NCBI GenBank assembly: GCA_003220495.1
Contig: QHSP01000016.1
Span: 87,831-151,830 of the forward strand
Direction of reading: 5' to 3'
Origin: Candidatus Rokuibacteriota bacterium
GTDB taxonomy: Bacteria; Methylomirabilota; Methylomirabilia; Rokubacteriales; CSP1-6
Length of the DNA: 64,000 bases
Notes under the pieces: model-generated
Seen by the model: the letters and a program-made list of their open reading frames with translations, nothing else
The model's database searches: none
What the model was told of the DNA's origin: nothing
Translations under genes and position numbers: made by a program
Shown: positions 43,949 to 53,137 of the stretch, one piece after another
How the letters are laid out: each line of letters opens with the position of its first letter
Numbering within the stretch: position 1 is the stretch's first letter

Positions 43949-44704
43949 CTACCGCTTCTTCCGGCTCGCGAACTCGCGGATTCTCTCCCGCGCCGCCGGG
44001 CTCGTCCTCAGCGCGGCAGCGTAGCCCTCGGCCTCCCGACCCGATCCGCCCGCGCGGATCGCCGCGACGATGTTCTTCGTGGCCTCGAGTCCGCCGCGGG
44101 GCGAGCGGGCGATCTCCACGGCGAGCGTCGCGACGCTCGCGTCGAGGGTGGGCGGAGCGACCACCCGGTTGACGAGACCGATGCGGAGCGCCTCCGTCGC
44201 GTGAATAGTCCGGCCGGTGAGGAGCAGATCGCGGGCGTGGCCGCCGGCGACGACGTCCAGCAAGCGCGCGATCCCGTAGGCCGGCGGAAAGCCGAGCGTG
44301 ACCTCCGGGAGCCCGAAGCGCGCTCGGTCGGACGCGACGCGCAGATCCTGGGCGATCGCGAGCATCAGCCCGCCGCCCAAGGCGAAGCCGTCCACCGCGG
44401 CGATCGTCACCTGCGGCAAGGTCGTGAAGCGGCTCATGATCGCCGCGTGGCGGCGGGCGAGGGTCTCGGCCTCGTCGGGCGTGACCGTCTCCATCTCTTT
44501 GATGTCGTTGCCGGCGCAGAAGGCGCGGCCGCGCCCGGCCACCACGAGCACGCGGACATCGTCCATCGCGGCCACGCGCTCGAGCGCATCCTCGAGCGCG
44601 ATCGTCAGTCGGCGATTGAGCGCGTTGAGGGCATCCGGGCGATTGAGCCGAAGCCAGGCGACGCCGTCTTGCGCGTCAAGCTCGACGATCGGGACTTCCG
44701 CCAT
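43949..44704 (-). CDS. Enoyl-CoA hydratase/isomerase
   Basis: 251 aa; ...GRGRAFCAGNDIKE...DGFALGGGLMLA... Confidence 0.85.
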   Translation of the reverse strand: MAEVPIVELDAQDGVAWLRLNRPDALNALNRRLTIALEDALERVAAMDDVRVLVVAGRGRAFCAGNDIKEMETVTPDEAETLARRHAAIMSRFTTLPQVTIAAVDGFALGGGLMLAIAQDLRVASDRARFGLPEVTLGFPPAYGIARLLDVVAGGHARDLLLTGRTIHATEALRIGLVNRVVAPPTLDASVATLAVEIARSPRGGLEATKNIVAAIRAGGSGREAEGYAAALRTSPAARERIREFASRKKR

Positions 44705-45623
44705 CCGTCCGGGTCCGGCCGAGAGCGGTGAGGGTCAGACACGCCGCCACGCCGAGCGCGATGCCCGCCGCCGCGGTGGCGGGCATGGGCCAGAAGTCCG
44801 TCCTGAAGAACGGAAGGACGAAGAACGGCGAGCGGCCGGCGCGCGGAGCCACGCGACCGTCGAGGAGGCCCTCGACGAGGTCCATCGTCTCGGCCATCAG
44901 GACCTCGGAGACCGCCTTGGCGAACGCCGGGTCGGCCAGCGCCGGGTGGCCGACGTAGCCCTGACCGCCGTTGCGGAGCGGAAAATTCGGCACGGCGCGC
45001 TCGGGGAGGGAATAGCGCGCCGGCGGAAGCGAGCGATAGGACGGATCGACCAGATCGGGCCGGATCATCAGCATGAGCGACGTCTCCCACCAGCCTCCAT
45101 GCGCGTCCTCGGAGAACGCCCGACGCTCGTCATCCGAGAGCGGGCGTCCGAGCGCGGTCGCGATCTTGTCGACGTAGCGGCCGCGCAGGAACTGCCAGGC
45201 GAGATGACCCGAGACCGAAGCCATCATCACGCGGTGTCGGCGCGAGACGATCGCGGAGGCTTCTTCGAGCGCCGTGAGGTGCCCCGGCCCGCCGTGACCG
45301 TTGGCGACGAGGATGTAGCGGAAGCCGGCCCGCGCCAGCGAGCGGCCGTAGTCGACCACCGCGTCGCGCACGACGCGCTGACGGACGCTCACGGTGCCGA
45401 CGGCGTCGAACGTGAACGAGCCGAGCGGGAGCGTCGGGGCCAGCAGGGCGGTCCAGCCGGGCCGCGCGGCGGTGAGGCGCTCGGCGAGGGCCTCGGCGAA
45501 GTGGCGCGCGGCGATCGCGTCGACGCCGACCGGCAAGTGCGGCCCGTGCTCCTCGAGGGGGCTCACCGTCAGGACGACGACGGTGCGCGCGCGGTCGAGC
45601 GCGACGAGCGCCGGGGTCGACAT
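44676..45623 (-). CDS. Creatininase (creatinine amidohydrolase) family protein
   Basis: MSTPALVALDRARTVVVLTVSPLEEHGPHLPVGVDA...ANGHGG...GGWWETS... ATG at 45621-45623 (complement). The hydrophobic C-terminal tail overlaps the downstream gene by 29 nt. Confidence 0.78.
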   Translation of the reverse strand: MSTPALVALDRARTVVVLTVSPLEEHGPHLPVGVDAIAARHFAEALAERLTAARPGWTALLAPTLPLGSFTFDAVGTVSVRQRVVRDAVVDYGRSLARAGFRYILVANGHGGPGHLTALEEASAIVSRRHRVMMASVSGHLAWQFLRGRYVDKIATALGRPLSDDERRAFSEDAHGGWWETSLMLMIRPDLVDPSYRSLPPARYSLPERAVPNFPLRNGGQGYVGHPALADPAFAKAVSEVLMAETMDLVEGLLDGRVAPRAGRSPFFVLPFFRTDFWPMPATAAAGIALGVAACLTLTALGRTRTDGGSPDRRA

Positions 45624-45643
45624 TTCCTCGAACCGGCGCACGC

Positions 45644-47011
45644 TCAAAACGAGCTCCCTTTCGTCGCGGTCAGGTAGTCGTTCTTGGCCCGCTCGAGCTC
45701 GGCGATCAGCGCCTGGCGCTCGGTCGTCAGGCGGCGGACCGCATACTCGCGGGTCAGCGCGAGCGCGCCGAAGCGCAGCCGGCTCCGGAGCCGTCCAGCG
45801 CCGACCCAGTAGCGGTACGCGAGCACGCCAGCGAGCGGCAACGAGAGCGCGAAGACCAGCGCGGCGGCGGGGCCGGCGAGCCGCGCGACGATCCAGGTCT
45901 CGAGCGCCCAGAAGAGCGGAGTCGCGAGCATCGCGGTGAGGAACCGCCACGTCGCGTAGTCGGTCTCCTTGTGCGACATGCGTCGCGCCACCCAGCGCGG
46001 GATCCAGTAGGGCAGGAAGTTCACCGTCGCGCCGTACAGGAACAACGGAAACCCGACGATCGCCTCCCAGCCGCGGCGGATACGCTGGCGCGGTCGCCGC
46101 CGCTCGAGCCGCGCGCGTACGGCCTCGTCCTTCACGCGGTACTCGGCCAGCAGCGCCCGGTAGCTCTGGATGCTTTGCCAGATCCGCTCGACCCGCTCGG
46201 GATCGTGCCGCTTGAAGTAATTGGTCGAGTCCACGATCGCCCGCGACAGACGGACCAGGTCGATCTGCCGCTCCGCGAGCCCGCGCTCCTCGCGGAGCTC
46301 ACGCACCAGCTGGTCGCGGTAGAGCTCCTGGACGGCGGTCACGAGCCGACTCTCGTCGATGCGCTCGACGTGCACCACCTCGGCTTCGATGCCCCACTGG
46401 ATCGCGTCGGTGAGGGCCTCGACCGTCTTGACCGGATCTCTCCGATACGCCTCCAGATAGGGCGTGACCGGGATCAGCGGGCCGAAGGAAACGAGGACGC
46501 GGCCGCGGAAGGATTTCCGCGCGTCGAAGTTGAGCCCGACCGGGACCACCCGGAGGGCTCCCGGCCGCTCGGCCTCGTAGCCGAGCGCCAGCCGCGCGGC
46601 GCCGGTCTTGATGCGCTGCACGCGCACCTCGGCGTGCGTCGTGCCCTCGGGGTAGATCGCGACGAGCCGGCCTTCGCCGAAGGCCTTGAAGCACGCCTCG
46701 AACGTGCCGGCGTTGCGCTCCATTTTGTCGGGATCATCTTGTTTCCTGTAGACGGGGATCGCGCCGCACGCGCGAAGGAAGCGCGCGACGACGCGATTCC
46801 TGAACAGGGCGGCGGTCGCGAGGTAGTGGACCTTTCGCGGAATCGCGCCGCCGACCAGCAGCGAGTCGATGAAGTTGTTGGGATGGTTGATGCAGAGGAG
46901 CACCGGCCCGCCGGCCGGCACGCGCTCCGGATGTCGGATGTCGACCGATCGGAAGAAGAACCAGAGCCAGAAGCGCCCGACGGCGCGCACGGCGCGATAG
47001 AAGCCGTCCAT
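45644..47011 (-). CDS. Lysophospholipid acyltransferase (PlsC/LPLAT family) with a C-terminal membrane extension
   Basis: MDGFYRAVRAVGRFWLWFFFRSVDIRHPERVPAGGPVLLCINHPNNFIDSLL has the HX4D motif; ...IYPEGT...; C-terminal transmembrane helices. ATG at 47009-47011 (complement). Confidence 0.8.
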   Translation of the reverse strand: MDGFYRAVRAVGRFWLWFFFRSVDIRHPERVPAGGPVLLCINHPNNFIDSLLVGGAIPRKVHYLATAALFRNRVVARFLRACGAIPVYRKQDDPDKMERNAGTFEACFKAFGEGRLVAIYPEGTTHAEVRVQRIKTGAARLALGYEAERPGALRVVPVGLNFDARKSFRGRVLVSFGPLIPVTPYLEAYRRDPVKTVEALTDAIQWGIEAEVVHVERIDESRLVTAVQELYRDQLVRELREERGLAERQIDLVRLSRAIVDSTNYFKRHDPERVERIWQSIQSYRALLAEYRVKDEAVRARLERRRPRQRIRRGWEAIVGFPLFLYGATVNFLPYWIPRWVARRMSHKETDYATWRFLTAMLATPLFWALETWIVARLAGPAAALVFALSLPLAGVLAYRYWVGAGRLRSRLRFGALALTREYAVRRLTTERQALIAELERAKNDYLTATKGSSF

Positions 47012-47046
47012 CGTGTCGCGCCGCGCGCCGGTGTCGACGCTCGCGC

Positions 47047-48144
47047 TCACGGAATGCGCGCGAAGCCTTCCATCAGCCGGCGCGCCGTCCGATACACGGT
47101 GACGCGCTCGGCCCACGCGGCGCCGTCGCGCCGGCGCACCGCGGCGTCGATCGGCAGCACCCCGGACGGGTGGCCCAGCCGGATATCGTGCGCACCGTCG
47201 CCGACGCACTCGCGCACGACCGTACCGTCCACTCGCGCCGCCACCCCGAGGCACATCGCCACGGTGAGCGCGACCGCGCGGTGGCAGTTGCCCATCGAGA
47301 TCACGCGCGTCACCAGATCGACGCCGCCGGCGGGATGCCGGACGCCGTCGAGCGCCGTGAACGCGGTCGCCGGCGCGACCATCGCGATCTTCGGCACCGC
47401 GGCGCTGCCCTGGATGCCCATCCGCCGTGCCGCCTCGACGCGGATCGACTCGAGCCGCGCCGAGAGCGCGCGGTCGGCGTCGATCGCCTGCGGCGTCTCG
47501 GTGCCGGCGAGGCCCACGTCCTTCGCGCGGACGAAGACGACCGGATTCGTCGCGTCCACGAGCGAGGCGTCGATGCCGTCGATCGTCTCGCGCGCCGCGC
47601 CCGTCGGCAGCAGACGTCCGGTGCCGGCGCCGCCGGGATCCAAGAAGTCGAGCGCGATGCGCGCGCCGCGACCGGCCACGCCGGCCAGCTCGAAGTCGCC
47701 GTCGACCGCCGCCTCACCGTCGTGGACGGGCACGTGGGCGACGATGAGCTTCTTCGTGTTGGTGTTGTGGATACGGACGACCGTCTCGCCCTCGACCGCC
47801 TTCACCAGGCCTTCGTCGATCGCGAAGGGTCCAACGGACGACGAACAATTGCCACAGTTGCCCTTGTAGTCCACGATCGCCTTCGCCACCTCGACCTGCG
47901 CGAACGTGTAGTCGACGTCGGCGTCCGGGTGCGAAGGGGCGCCGATGATGCACGCCTTCGACAGCGACGAGATCCCGCCGCCCATGCCGTCGAGCTGGCG
48001 GCCGTAGGGGTCGGGGCTTCCGAGCGCCGCGAGCAGGACCCGATCGCGCGCGGCGCCGGCCGGTGGAAGATCCGCGTGGTGGAAGACGAGACAGCGGCTC
48101 GTGCCGCCCCGCATGTAGACCGCCCGGATCTTCTTCTGGCTCAT
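47047..48144 (-). CDS. prpF: PrpF family protein (2-methylaconitate cis-trans isomerase-like)
   Basis: MSQKKIRAVYMRGGTSRCLVFHHADLP... and the C-terminal ...MGNCHRAVALTVAMC... are co-linear with PrpF/AcnD-accessory proteins. GGGAGGA ribosome-binding site. Confidence 0.85.
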   Translation of the reverse strand: MSQKKIRAVYMRGGTSRCLVFHHADLPPAGAARDRVLLAALGSPDPYGRQLDGMGGGISSLSKACIIGAPSHPDADVDYTFAQVEVAKAIVDYKGNCGNCSSSVGPFAIDEGLVKAVEGETVVRIHNTNTKKLIVAHVPVHDGEAAVDGDFELAGVAGRGARIALDFLDPGGAGTGRLLPTGAARETIDGIDASLVDATNPVVFVRAKDVGLAGTETPQAIDADRALSARLESIRVEAARRMGIQGSAAVPKIAMVAPATAFTALDGVRHPAGGVDLVTRVISMGNCHRAVALTVAMCLGVAARVDGTVVRECVGDGAHDIRLGHPSGVLPIDAAVRRRDGAAWAERVTVYRTARRLMEGFARIP

Positions 48145-48154
48145 GGCTCCTCCC

Positions 48155-48208
48155 GAGGCGCGCCCCGGCCGGCGGGGCCCCAGCCCCGCGACGTCCGGCA
48201 GCGCGCAC
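48155..48208. repeat. GC-rich palindromic intergenic repeat, copy D
   Basis: gaggcgcgccccggccggcggggccccagccccgcgacgtccggcagcgcgcac fills the 69-nt gap between the aconitase-family stop and the prpF ribosome-binding site. Confidence 0.5.
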
Positions 48209-48213
48209 GTCCG

Positions 48214-50133
48214 TTACGCTCGCCCGGCCTTCGTGTGCGCCAGGATGCCGCCGGCCAGGAGAATCTCGCGCTCGCGCGCCGTCAGCACGCACGAGGCGGT
48301 GAACACGGCGCCCGTCCGGGCATTCTCCACGCGCACCCCCTCGCCGGCCTCCAGCGCGGCGCGGAGACCCGGCAGGCGCAGGCGGTCGTCTCGCTCGATG
48401 CCGCCGAAATCATCGGGATTGTCGAAAGCCAGCGGCACCACGCCCCAGTTGATCAGGTTCGTCCGGTGGATCCGCGCGAACGACTTCACGATGACGGCGC
48501 GGATGCCGAGGTACATCGGTCCGGTCGCGGCCGCCTCGCGCGACGATCCCTGACCATAGGTCTCACCCCCGACGATGATGCCGCGCCCGGCGGCCTTGGC
48601 GCGCGCCACGAAATCGGGGTCGACGTATTTGAAGCAGAACTCCGAGATCGCCGGGATGTTCGAGCGGAAGACCAGCACCGCGGAGCCGGCCGGGGAGATG
48701 TCGTCGGTCGACACCTTGTCGCCGAGCTTGATCACCACCGGCGCCTCGAGCGCCTCCGCCACCGGCTCGCCGAGCGGCACCGGCTTGATGTTCGGCCCAC
48801 GCGGAATCTCGCCGGTGCCGTCGGGCTCGACGAATCCCACCGTCGAGGTCGCGAAGCGTGCCGGCAAGGTGACCGGCGCCGGCGCGCCCAGGGTACGCGG
48901 ATCGGTGATGACGCCGGTGAGCGCCGAGGCCGCCGCGACGGTCGACGAGCAGAGATAGACGGAGTCGTCCTTCACGCCGCTCCGCCCGGGGAAGTTGCGG
49001 TTGAAGGCGCGGAGGCTCTTGGCGCCGGCGGCCGGAACGTGGCCGATACCGGCGCAGGCCCCGCAGCTCGACTCGGAGACCGTGGCGCCCGCGGCGATGA
49101 GGTCGGTGAGCACGCCTTCGCGCGCCATCGTCTCGAGAATCTTGTGGCTGCCCGGGAACAGCACGAAGGACACCGACGAATGCACGCGTCGGCCGCGCAC
49201 GATGTCGGCGACCGACGCCATGTCGTGCCACGAGCCGTTGGTGCACGAGCCGACCATCACCTGCTCGATCGCGGTCCCCGCGACCTCTTCGACGGGCACG
49301 ACGCGGTCGGGCGAGCCCGGCAGCGCCACGAGCGGCGTGAGCGCCGCGAGGTCGAGCTGGATCTCGTCGTCGTACGTTGCGTCGGCGTCGGGCGCGGCCG
49401 GCCGCCAGTCGTCGCCGCGGCCTAGCCGCGTCATGAACGAGCGCGTGACGTCATCGCTGGGAAAGACGCTGGTCGTCAATCCGAGCTCGGCTCCCATGTT
49501 GGCGATCGTCATGCGCTGGGTGGCCAGCAGGCTGCGAAGCCCGGGCCCGCCATACTCGAAGATCTTGCCCGTGCCGCCCCTGACGGTGAGCCGGCGCAGC
49601 AGCTCGAGGATCACGTCCTTCGCGGTCACCCACGGCTGGAGCGCGCCCGTGAGGTGAATGCGGACGACCTGCGGCATCTGGAAGAAGTACGGCCCGCCGC
49701 CGAGCGCGACCGCGACGTCGAGCCCACCGGCGCCGATCGCGAGCATGCCCGCCGCGCCGCAGAGCGGCGTGTGGCTGTCGGTGCCGAGCAGGGTCTGGCC
49801 CGGGATGGAAAAGCTCTCCATGTGCACCTGATGGCAGATGCCGTTGCCAGGCTTGGAGAAGACGGCCCCGTACTTGCGCGAGACGGCCTGCATGTAACGA
49901 TGGTCGTCGGAGTTCCGCGAGTCGACCTGGTAGACGTTGTGGTCGGCGTAGCTCACGATGCGGGCGGGCACGGCGCGCGGGAAGCCCATCGCCTCGAACT
50001 GGAGCCAGGACATCGTACCGTTGGTGTCGGTGAGGAGGACTTGATCGACCGAGATGCCGATCTCTTCGCCGGCGACTGCTTTGCCGGCGACGAGATGGCT
50101 GGTGATGAGCTTTTGCGTGAGGTTCTTGGGCAT
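48214..50133 (-). CDS. Aconitase family protein (aconitate or 2-methylcitrate dehydratase candidate)
   Basis: 639 aa; three Cys ligand regions (...GSCTNGS..., ...CGACAG...) and the C-terminal swivel domain. Confidence 0.88.
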   Translation of the reverse strand: MPKNLTQKLITSHLVAGKAVAGEEIGISVDQVLLTDTNGTMSWLQFEAMGFPRAVPARIVSYADHNVYQVDSRNSDDHRYMQAVSRKYGAVFSKPGNGICHQVHMESFSIPGQTLLGTDSHTPLCGAAGMLAIGAGGLDVAVALGGGPYFFQMPQVVRIHLTGALQPWVTAKDVILELLRRLTVRGGTGKIFEYGGPGLRSLLATQRMTIANMGAELGLTTSVFPSDDVTRSFMTRLGRGDDWRPAAPDADATYDDEIQLDLAALTPLVALPGSPDRVVPVEEVAGTAIEQVMVGSCTNGSWHDMASVADIVRGRRVHSSVSFVLFPGSHKILETMAREGVLTDLIAAGATVSESSCGACAGIGHVPAAGAKSLRAFNRNFPGRSGVKDDSVYLCSSTVAAASALTGVITDPRTLGAPAPVTLPARFATSTVGFVEPDGTGEIPRGPNIKPVPLGEPVAEALEAPVVIKLGDKVSTDDISPAGSAVLVFRSNIPAISEFCFKYVDPDFVARAKAAGRGIIVGGETYGQGSSREAAATGPMYLGIRAVIVKSFARIHRTNLINWGVVPLAFDNPDDFGGIERDDRLRLPGLRAALEAGEGVRVENARTGAVFTASCVLTAREREILLAGGILAHTKAGRA

Positions 50134-50147
50134 TTAGTTGGACTGGG

Positions 50148-50175
50148 GGGGAGCGAGCGCCGCTCCTCCCCCAGA
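50148..50175. other. G-run/C-run hairpin in the prpC-to-aconitase intergenic region
   Basis: gggggggagcg-agcgc-cgctcctccccc. About 11-bp stem with one bulge. Same architecture as the hairpin at 18825. Confidence 0.25.
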
Positions 50176-50305
50176 CCCCCCCATCGTTTCGAACCCGGTT
50201 GGCGGCGATGTCGGTGTCGGCGATGACGTCATTGGGGCTTGGCGCCGCTCAATACTTTTGAGCGGCCGGTTCGCAGGTGGTCTCGTCATCGCTTGGTTGT
50301 GTGTT

Positions 50306-51439
50306 TCAGCGCTTGTCCAGCGACGTGAAGGCGCGGCGAGAGGGGCCGATGTAGTCGCCTCGGGGACGGATCAGGCGGTTGTCGTCGCACTGCTCGATGA
50401 TGTTCGCGGTCCAGCCCGCGATGCGGCCGGCCGCGATCACCGGCGTGAAGAGATCCACGGGGATGCCGAGCGAGTAGAAGAGCGGCGCCGAGTAGAAGTC
50501 GACGTTGGGGATGAGCTTCTTGGCCTCGTTGATGCGCGCGTGGAGCTTGACGGCCATCTCGTACCACTTGAACTGGCCGGACTGGCGGCAGGCCTCTTCG
50601 GCCATCCCCTTGAGGATCGCGGCGCGCGGGTCGCCCGCCTTGTAGACGCGGTGCCCCATCCCCATGAATCGCCGCTTGTCCACCAGCGCCTTCTGGGTGA
50701 AGGCGTCCACGTTGGCGACCTCGCCGATCTCCATCAACGTCCGCATGACCGCCTCGCCGGCGCCGCCGTGGAGCGGCCCCTTCAGCGCGCCGACGCCCCC
50801 GGCCACCGCCGAGTGCATGTCGGACTGGGTCGAGACGATGCAACGGGTCGTGAAGGTCGACGCGTTGAGCTCGTGCTCGGCGTAGAGCGTCAGGCTCGCG
50901 TCGAACGCCTTCGCGACGACGCCGCTGGGTCGCTTGCCCGTCAGCATGTAGAGGAAGTTGGCGGCGTGCGAGAGATCGGAGGCCGGACGGATCGGCTCTT
51001 CGCCGCGCCGCACCCGATGGTGAGCGCAGATCGCCGTCGCCATCTGGCTCGTGAGCCGGATCGCCTTCCGGATATTCGCGGCGTGCGAGCTGTCGGTGGT
51101 GTCCCCGTCGCTCATGCCGAGGATCGCGACGGCGGCCTGGAGCACGCGCATCGGATCCGTCGCCTTCGGCATCAGCCTGAAGGCCTGGACGAGATCGGCC
51201 GGAATCTCGCGCGCCGCGATGAGCGCCAGGGTGGTCTTGTCGAGCTGCGACGCGTTCGGCAGATCGCCGTACCAGAGCAGGTGACACACGTCCTCGAAGC
51301 TCGCCCGGCGCGCCAGATCTTCGATGTCGTAGCCGCCGTAGGCCAGCCGGCCGTTCTTGCCGTCGAGATCACAGAGCTTGGTCTCGGCGGCGACGACGCC
51401 CTCGAGCCCCCGGATGAGCTGGCTGCCTTCCTTGTCCAT
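50306..51439 (-). CDS. Citrate synthase/2-methylcitrate synthase
   Basis: 377 aa; ...GPLHGGAGE...HRVYK...D.R... Confidence 0.88.
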   Translation of the reverse strand: MDKEGSQLIRGLEGVVAAETKLCDLDGKNGRLAYGGYDIEDLARRASFEDVCHLLWYGDLPNASQLDKTTLALIAAREIPADLVQAFRLMPKATDPMRVLQAAVAILGMSDGDTTDSSHAANIRKAIRLTSQMATAICAHHRVRRGEEPIRPASDLSHAANFLYMLTGKRPSGVVAKAFDASLTLYAEHELNASTFTTRCIVSTQSDMHSAVAGGVGALKGPLHGGAGEAVMRTLMEIGEVANVDAFTQKALVDKRRFMGMGHRVYKAGDPRAAILKGMAEEACRQSGQFKWYEMAVKLHARINEAKKLIPNVDFYSAPLFYSLGIPVDLFTPVIAAGRIAGWTANIIEQCDDNRLIRPRGDYIGPSRRAFTSLDKR

Positions 51440-51465
51440 GATCGGCTACCCCTCGAAGTTACGAT

Positions 51466-51545
51466 CACGCCCCGGCCGGCGGGGCCTGTCGTCTCGCTCG
51501 CCTCGGGCCCGGGGGCCCTAGCCCCCGGCTGGCCCTGCAGCTCGC
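51466..51545. repeat. Degenerate or composite copy E of the GC-rich palindromic repeat
   Basis: cacgccccggccggcggggcctg..., followed by the hairpin cccgggggccctagcccccgg and ctgcag...cttgcag inverted repeats. Confidence 0.3.
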
Positions 51546-51716
51546 ACAACGGCCCGGCGACGGCTTGCAGCGCGGACCACTCTCGATTGCCTGGATGGTA
51601 GCAGGAATCGATCGTGGGTGCCCCCTCGTGCCGACGGCAGTGGCGGTTGCAGAAGGGAGAGGGACGCGGCTCGGCGCCGGCGCCACGCGCCTGACGCTCG
51701 CGCAGCTCCAGGACCG

Positions 51717-53045
51717 TCAGATGGAGCGGCTCACCACTTCCGCGGCCGGCGTGTCACCCGCGTCAGGCGGCTGACTCGTGGCGAGGAGGCGCCGTGCGAG
51801 CGCCGGCCGCAGCCGCCGCGGCGTCACGCGCCTGAGCTCCACGTCGTCCCCGCCCACGAAGGTCGCGAGCGAGCTCAGCGCGCTCGCGACACCGGCGATC
51901 GCCTCGTCCAGATCCAGACGATCTGGCCCTCGCGGCGGTGTTCCAGCCGAGGCGAACCAGGGCTCGAAGTGAACGTGGCGGACCTCGAGTCTCCGCTCGG
52001 CGCGGTGCGACTTGGCGTCGACCCGGCCGATGAGATGGCCGTGATGGAGGATGGGAAGCGTGTAGTAGCCGTGCACGCGTCTGGGCCCGGGCGTGTAGAC
52101 CTCGATCCGGTAGTCGAACCCGAAGAGCCGCGCGACCCGGTCGCGGTGCCACATCAGCGAGTCGAATGGCGAGAGAAGCGTCGTCCCGTGCGATCCGGGC
52201 GCCCGCCCGGCGCGGGCCAGCGCCGGCAGGTCACTCGTGAGCGCGAGCCATCGACCCGCCGAACCCTCGAGCTCGATCTCGGTGACCTCGCCGCGCTCGA
52301 GCATCTCACGCAGCGCCGCGCGCCGGACGCCCGGCCGGAAGCGAGGGAAGGTGAGATAGCGCGCCAGATCGAGCTCGGTCGCCGCGCCCATGGCGCGCAG
52401 CGACCGCTCGAGGTGCCAGCGCTGGAACTGCACGGCCGTGACCGGCTCGACACCGAGCGCGCCGGGCATCGCGCGCTCGAGCAAGTCGTAGCGCTTCTGG
52501 AAGTGCTGGCGCGAGTGGATCGTGAGCGCGCCGGTCATCCACAGATGGTGAAGCGCGTGCTGCACCGGACGCCACGACCACCAGCCGCCTCCGCCCGCCG
52601 CTCGCCGCCCCTCGAAATCGCCGTTGCCCATCGGCCCGTTGGCCTGGACGGCTTCCTGAACCGTGCGCAGCATCTTCCCATTCCGCCGCAACCAGCCCGA
52701 CCATCCGGTGTGGCGGCTCCGATAGTCGAGCATCGCGCGGCGCCACCAGGGCAGGTCCGAGGCCGGCACGAGACAGGCGGCGTGGGCCCAGTACTCGAAG
52801 AGGAGCCGGCGGCGGTAGACCTGACGGTCGAGCCACCCCCGGTCGTACGGACCGAATCGACTCCACACGGTCAGGTAGTGGGCGCGGTCGAGGACATTGA
52901 TCGAGTCGAGCTGGATCCCGCCCACGTCCTCGACGAAGCGGCGCAGGCGGGGTGCGGTCAGCGTGGTCGCGCGCGGCTGGGCGAGGTGCTGGCGCTCGAG
53001 GAACAGCGCGGTGACGGCGCGCAACGTCACGCGGCGGCGCGGCAT
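51717..53045 (-). CDS. Winged-helix DNA-binding domain protein, YcaQ/AlkZ-like (DUF1006; crosslink-repair DNA glycosylase family)
   Basis: 442 aa; ...VGGIQLDSINVLDRAHYLTVWSRFGPYDRGWLD... is typical of the YcaQ/AlkZ family. Confidence 0.78.
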   Translation of the reverse strand: MPRRRVTLRAVTALFLERQHLAQPRATTLTAPRLRRFVEDVGGIQLDSINVLDRAHYLTVWSRFGPYDRGWLDRQVYRRRLLFEYWAHAACLVPASDLPWWRRAMLDYRSRHTGWSGWLRRNGKMLRTVQEAVQANGPMGNGDFEGRRAAGGGGWWSWRPVQHALHHLWMTGALTIHSRQHFQKRYDLLERAMPGALGVEPVTAVQFQRWHLERSLRAMGAATELDLARYLTFPRFRPGVRRAALREMLERGEVTEIELEGSAGRWLALTSDLPALARAGRAPGSHGTTLLSPFDSLMWHRDRVARLFGFDYRIEVYTPGPRRVHGYYTLPILHHGHLIGRVDAKSHRAERRLEVRHVHFEPWFASAGTPPRGPDRLDLDEAIAGVASALSSLATFVGGDDVELRRVTPRRLRPALARRLLATSQPPDAGDTPAAEVVSRSI

Positions 53046-53137
53046 GCGCAGGAGCTTATCATCGTTGTCATGGCGCGCTCGCCCGCTCGCTCGTGGCTGC
53101 CCTTACGGCTTCGTCAAGGGTGGTAGGCTACTGGCAC

